From the IMG/VR virus record IMGVR_UViG_3300035494_000115, positions 1 through 30,042 of that record: a stretch of 30,042 nucleotides of DNA. The stretch is one strand, 5' to 3'. Below, one piece after another: positions 27,601-30,042 of the stretch. Source of the stretch: a virus. Taxonomy: Duplodnaviria; Caudoviricetes. Under the pieces are notes generated by a model that saw only the letters and a program-made list of their open reading frames with translations, was not told where the DNA came from and did not search any database. How positions within the stretch are numbered: position 1 is the stretch's first letter; the number at the start of each line of letters is the position of its first letter. A program made the translations under genes and the position numbers.

Positions 27601-28587
27601 GAACTCAAACGCCTCAAAGGGACGCTCACGGGAGCCGAAGCGCTTGAGCACGTAAAACTCAACGCAAAAACAAAACTTATTCAAGAAGCCAAAGCAAACG
27701 GGGTGTTTGGGCGCAGCCAACTTAACGACATTTTGGCGGGGATGGAGCAAAAAGCGGTTAAAAAAGGCGTGCTCTCAAAAGTCGATAAATTCGCGGAAAA
27801 AGCTTATCAATTTGAGGATGATTTTAACCGATTGAGTTTTTACTTGACGCTTCGACAAGCAGGCAAAGACCCAAAAACGGCAAAGCAGATGATCGACTTC
27901 ATGCTCCCCGACTACTCCAAACCTCTTCCGAAAGGGTGGAGGGTTTTGCGTGATAGTTCGGTCGCGCCGTTTATCTCATGGAGCTATTACACGATGCCCT
28001 CCATCGTAAAAATGCTCAAAACAAAAGAGGGCGCTTGGAACGCCACAAAAGTGATCGCTATGTTGAGCGGCATGGAGTACGCATTATCGCAGGGCGAGAT
28101 CACGCCGCTTGATAACATCCCGTTTATGGATACGAACAAGCCCGAAGATTTTAAAGGGCGACGTTTTGTCGTAGGCAAAGACGGGGACGATTACGACACC
28201 CTCAAACTTGATAGGATGATCCCATACGCGGAGCTGCAAAATCCTATCAACTATGCAAAATCGAACGTGAGCGGGATGCTTCCAAATGCGCTTTATTCCA
28301 TGAACGGGATGCAAATGTATAACGGTCGCCCGATCACCTACAAAAATAAAGGGGTAGGGGATCAGTCGATAGATTGGATCAAGCATCTTGCAAGCCAATA
28401 CACGCCCGTTCCCGCCCCTGCAATGAGTGCGGTAAATATTGCGGACAAAGAGATGCGCGGCAAAGAGAGAAGCAGAACGAGCCGCACGGTGGAGCCGAGA
28501 ACCCTCCCGCAGAGCCTCGTGCAGCTCTTGGGTATCAACACCCTCTCTTATGATAAAAACGCACTTAAAAAAGAACAAAAAGACTAA
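21697..28587 (+). CDS. giant polyvalent ejected protein (two LPD23-like/HExxH modules, PBECR-like, ART-PolyVal-like, helical C-terminus)
   Basis: LLHEIQHSIQ (~23926) and LLHEVQHSIQ (~25957), each with EIxD and HxELFxxYPELK. VKTPIGNVKV..FNHL..FVDTLKNPLFVV is PBECR-like. DGSPRVFYHGT..GVFF..PVHIKASNPFD..GFDGV..AVFDPTQIKS is ART-like. Confidence 0.85.
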   Translation: MDHTKHPLYQEYLNEKNKSGNQPQAQSSTNEQPQSNFKGIDYGIEKHPLYAQYKAEKARTKQTIQNHENSWKDEITPYVPDFAEGFVLGGVKGLSEYGASGAKLLGSDKWQDRFSNVRRFAEQQIKKDDSEIGAFVGEMIVDPLNLAPAGLVNVGTKMQRVGKSMLYGAGVGATTMAAKNYGNDDITTDQKIFEMGVGGAVNSLINGVIAGVTKGRVAGIDAGALKNPDGSQKSNEEVFSALRNNPEAFALNPQEADVIVNEIVKEQAKFTQPKFDPQFARETPRPQQPYTPNFQMRPNHPPAVMSKQEALQVILRHANEQARAKGGVLPYPQAIEKSTMQPQPQAQQQPITLSELQSHPRYNELVEMRRGVSAAESKNPQFMTTRGGYRELDGYGGENKHAYDFPHYEQNQNYDFHTTKQDINKLESGKVDSETLWKLQQDLSTLDNHPDWAKRLDDSPVKMSERDWEEANTVFAKFGDNLAAGTVAGISEDENGNLTFDPEKFLIGLGGYTAVKTALKNKQVQGKLKEYAQRAVDMVDMNPQVHKERGFNAMFVGAKGNEIGAFSDMATKKTMREIDDSGINYKPIPKQKIEFDGREFEQNYASLDEIIDHPELFAKYPELKNMQVSVSNDFGTGGSYSPAVNSIQLNKGNTRVRTNEQIAKRQEKIRELSENPIDDNYTRLLEELQKPNMPEAHYEKVMELLEQTPTQKRIDAIGEQILEIKNNISKDGSVHLTDDGKSTLLHEIQHSIQEKENWARGGSPDNFKQAAPDETIDKRNQEFSLIDELSKKHKVSPDYFVERGSFSDRTIETVKRLVKNGDWDRVVKSIKERENSLLTPHQQYMKLHGEQQARATAYRANMTPEQRAKESMWDTLKRKEGEVPESIVRYGDGTAMMADELSSRYIKKNMIDEKALSLDADELPSPISNYKDFISNFSESHESKGTYFVKTPIGNVKVNTRYAFNHLTDNTHFDDRNYISGAFVDTLKNPLFVVEKKHSKGVNQVFYKPYKQNGKLTHLASFTVDNDGLVQKTFFELGNLGKLKSLINVPNKDMKYFKHSQEIKSLDTQQQELWKSANEEIIPQTKEEWNKNITEWHKESHPLTKNEDGSPRVFYHGTGADFSEFKQNNRGVFFVSPSSKWVDDFIGKDGGISIMPVHIKASNPFDFENKKHVTALAQHASLGKLAIDEIKKGNWNRIEDRTTLEAIKKLGFDGVFVKENGTKNLAVFDPTQIKSIHNRGTFDATNPNILMANGSNALGGSLGGGTVGGMQTAYEDIVEGKDRTAEDYLRNIAIGAAAGGAIGRKFGGKAEGTGLFAGARAKGFDAKAQAGKTFDGKYDGMERFEINDSMAKLKDISGYARTGETAKLEDVLEHKELFYNYPELKDIPIAFKDEKGSSFSSDGIEIGLRDYHNADEFKSALLHEVQHSIQKQEGFARGGSAQEFYNDAKSKIETLKYELEFEPDDFIRDKMLQKLQKLESEFNGGAKEKAFDMYQKLAGEIEARDVQARMDYTAPKREEVAPYSSENIAPEDAILRFNNANDDIMSGLRQMNQETDDFVGVQKRGLFDNNTDTLERLAKERAEKDWRSISQDGGTLQNVKNTFKELFTDTMSGKYHEARDQVHANMQQKSVEIERLAKVLDDLDEATDKELYRYLTGEANNLPEHVKSIADNMRKTVDDLGAELVRHGVLDEKAYKEWAGVYLHRQYEPHLNPKGHFTKGLKIDKIHERGIGKEFGAGDLKEMTGWLHKQGFLDDNELVKFGSVRDLMAHLHEGGKSGLLREGKLSITQTPSGGIKLRRDFTKAERESMGEIESAKMALTNTLLKLNRMIEHAKFLERANRVDGVVFSPKKAKEFSPQELERAGYYKAEGVQYGALNGKWIRRDVADDIGRTYKDIANAHADAFRVWNDYHSLWKKSKTVWNPKAHLNNYMGNLFLMHLAGVDGTVGLPKALYNGVKQMNDYKAFEALELKRLKGTLTGAEALEHVKLNAKTKLIQEAKANGVFGRSQLNDILAGMEQKAVKKGVLSKVDKFAEKAYQFEDDFNRLSFYLTLRQAGKDPKTAKQMIDFMLPDYSKPLPKGWRVLRDSSVAPFISWSYYTMPSIVKMLKTKEGAWNATKVIAMLSGMEYALSQGEITPLDNIPFMDTNKPEDFKGRRFVVGKDGDDYDTLKLDRMIPYAELQNPINYAKSNVSGMLPNALYSMNGMQMYNGRPITYKNKGVGDQSIDWIKHLASQYTPVPAPAMSAVNIADKEMRGKERSRTSRTVEPRTLPQSLVQLLGINTLSYDKNALKKEQKD

Positions 28588-28652
28588 AAACCTCTTGGTT
28601 TGAGGTTTTTGCTTTGCATACAATAGCCATAAAAAAAGGCGTTTGTATGCAA
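28586..28652 (+). promoter_or_regulatory. late promoter element C with start-codon-sequestering hairpin (lysis); the dyad may double as a terminator
   Basis: AAAAACCTCTTGGTTTGAGGTTTTT...TACAAT at 28586-28624. TTGCATACAA (28614-28623) pairs perfectly with TTGTATGCAA (28643-28652), which contains ATG 28647. Confidence 0.75.
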
Positions 28653-29006
28653 GATAAAATTTTCGAGATAGAAAAAAAAATTTCGCTACTTCAACAAGAA
28701 GTAACCGACTTGAAAGGTAATTATGGAAGATTGCAGCATATCGAAAAAGAGATACATGCTATCAAAAATGTGGTGACGAAAATGGAGATGATCGATAAGA
28801 GTATTTTTGATCGGCTTGACGTGATCGTTAAAGCCGTGGACGGGCATAAAGAGAGTTTTGTAAAGCATGACGAGAAAGAGATGGCTAAGTACGGCTCCAT
28901 AGAGGGGAGACTTTCTAAGATCGAGCGCATCTTGTATATGATGATGGGCGCGGGGCTTCTTTTTGAACTTCTACATAAGTTCGATTATATCAATATCGGG
29001 GGCTAG
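28647..29006 (+). CDS. coiled-coil protein with a C-terminal TM helix (lysis accessory, XhlA-like topology)
   Basis: ATG 28647 after AAGG, preferred over TTG 28614; ILYMMMGAGLLFELL TM segment. Confidence 0.65.
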   Translation: MQDKIFEIEKKISLLQQEVTDLKGNYGRLQHIEKEIHAIKNVVTKMEMIDKSIFDRLDVIVKAVDGHKESFVKHDEKEMAKYGSIEGRLSKIERILYMMMGAGLLFELLHKFDYINIGG

Positions 29007-29008
29007 GC

Positions 29009-29404
29009 ATGTGGGGTATTTTTGCAAAGCTCTTTGGGAGCGAAAACGTCATAAACAAGAGCATGAACGGGATTGACGCGTTGGTTTTTACGGATCAGGA
29101 AAAAAGTTCACACAAACTAGAGCTTTTGAAGCTGTATGAGCCTTTTAAATTGGCGCAAAGGCTCTTGGCGTTGCTGTATAGCTTCGTGTTTTTGTTTGTG
29201 TTTTTAATCGCCGTAGCGATTTGGATCATGGGAGCGTACACCGAAGATATTGAGCGTGCAGGGTACTTAATGACGATCGCCAAAGAGCTTGCAGATTGGA
29301 ACATCGACACGCTAGGTCTCGTTATCTCGCTGATAATCGGCTTTTACTTCGGCGGCGGTCTTCTTGAGGGGGCGCTTACAAAATACAAAGGGGGGAACAA
29401 GTGA
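29009..29404 (+). CDS. holin
   Basis: IDALVFTDQEK, PFKLAQRLLALL followed by a TM helix, second TM ending IIGFYFGG; adjacent to the endolysin. Confidence 0.75.
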   Translation: MWGIFAKLFGSENVINKSMNGIDALVFTDQEKSSHKLELLKLYEPFKLAQRLLALLYSFVFLFVFLIAVAIWIMGAYTEDIERAGYLMTIAKELADWNIDTLGLVISLIIGFYFGGGLLEGALTKYKGGNK

Positions 29405-29823
29405 GAGAGATAAATAAAATCGTCGTGCATTGTAGCGATAGCAGCTTCGGGGATGCGGGGCTTATTCGTGAGTGGCATTTGGAAAGAGGTTGGAAAGATA
29501 TTGGATACCACTTTGTGATCCTGAACGGGTGCAAGCGCAAAGGGGAGTTCGATGCGGATTTGGACGGAATTATCCAAAACGGGCGTGATGTTTCGGTCGT
29601 CGGGGCGCATGTGGCGGGGCATAATTCTAAAAGTATCGGGATTTGTTTGGTGGGTATGGATACATACACGGAGAAGCAGATGCTAAGTTTGAAAATTCTT
29701 TTGAGCGAGTTGATGGTGGAGTACAATTTAAAGCCCGATGCGATATTTGGGCATAGAGAGCTGTTTGCGGGTAAAACTTGCCCGACGGGGTTGGATATGG
29801 AAAAGCTTAGAAAAGAGCTTTAA
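29401..29823 (+). CDS. endolysin, N-acetylmuramoyl-L-alanine amidase (Amidase_2, T7 lysozyme-like)
   Basis: IVVHCS, WHLERGWKDIGYHFVI, GAHVAGHNSKSIGICLVG and GHREL..KTCP Zn-ligand motifs. Confidence 0.93.
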   Translation: MREINKIVVHCSDSSFGDAGLIREWHLERGWKDIGYHFVILNGCKRKGEFDADLDGIIQNGRDVSVVGAHVAGHNSKSIGICLVGMDTYTEKQMLSLKILLSELMVEYNLKPDAIFGHRELFAGKTCPTGLDMEKLRKEL

Positions 29824-30042
29824 AATTGTCACCGAAATTGTAACCGTAAACTGTAACAAGCATAGCAAAACTGTTACAATATTCTCGTAAACCCCGCATT
29901 TTAGGGGGATAGTCTAACTCGGCTTATGCTGTGCCTAATACCTCATCAACAGCTTTTTATTTATTCTAAAACTCTCCGTAAATTTATAACTTTTCAGATA
30001 TTTGACGTTTTATTTGTTCTTTTTGTAACTATTTTTTGTTAT
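29823..30042. other. probable attachment (att) region with arm-type integrase repeats
   Basis: AAATTGTCACCG / AAATTGTAACCG / AAACTGTAACAA at 29823-29859, inverted TGTTACAAT at 29872 and TTGTAAC near 30023; non-coding and AT-rich, after the lysis genes. Confidence 0.5.

Larger units (their letters stand above)
113..29956 (+). mobile_element. temperate phage/prophage, replication-to-lysis arm, podovirus-like
   Basis: Co-oriented replication, packaging, head, ejection and lysis modules; no tail tube, sheath or tape measure recognised. Confidence 0.92.

Noticed and set aside
28672-28680. A9 tract in the first lysis gene as a phase-variation switch
   Set aside because: A-runs of 7-9 are common in this Lys-rich genome and the frame is intact; read-level data would be needed.
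29887-29930. GTAAACCCCGCATTTTAGGGGG dyad as a fourth late promoter
   Set aside because: The dyad resembles the motif, but the nearest -10-like TATGCT is 5 bp out of register and no gene follows; kept only as part of the att region.
1-30042. tRNA, rRNA, integrase or repressor genes
   Set aside because: None recognised; the lysogeny module presumably lies outside the window.

Overview
The window is the right-hand ~30 kb of a temperate, probably short-tailed (podovirus-like) phage or prophage, with all credible genes on the + strand. A Campylobacterota host is inferred only from sequence style (extended -10 promoters without -35, polyvalent-protein linker motifs). Gene order: wHTH-HNH fusion, replication initiator with internal iterons, RusA, TerS/TerL, a Mor/C-like regulator, P22/SU10-type portal, scaffold, SU10-type major capsid, adaptor, unassigned virion/fibre genes (several internally paralogous), putative ejection proteins, a 2296-aa polyvalent protein (two HExxH/LPD23-like modules, PBECR-like and ADP-ribosyltransferase-like domains), a lysis cassette and a probable att region. 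The most striking signal is a 39-bp element found three times, upstream of the capsid gene, the giant protein and the lysis cassette. Each copy has a dyad site followed by a -10 box, and that -10 box is also the 5' arm of a hairpin covering the downstream RBS or start codon. This suggests a coupled transcription/translation late switch, possibly driven by the Mor-like gene. All family assignments are by motif recognition, not database search.
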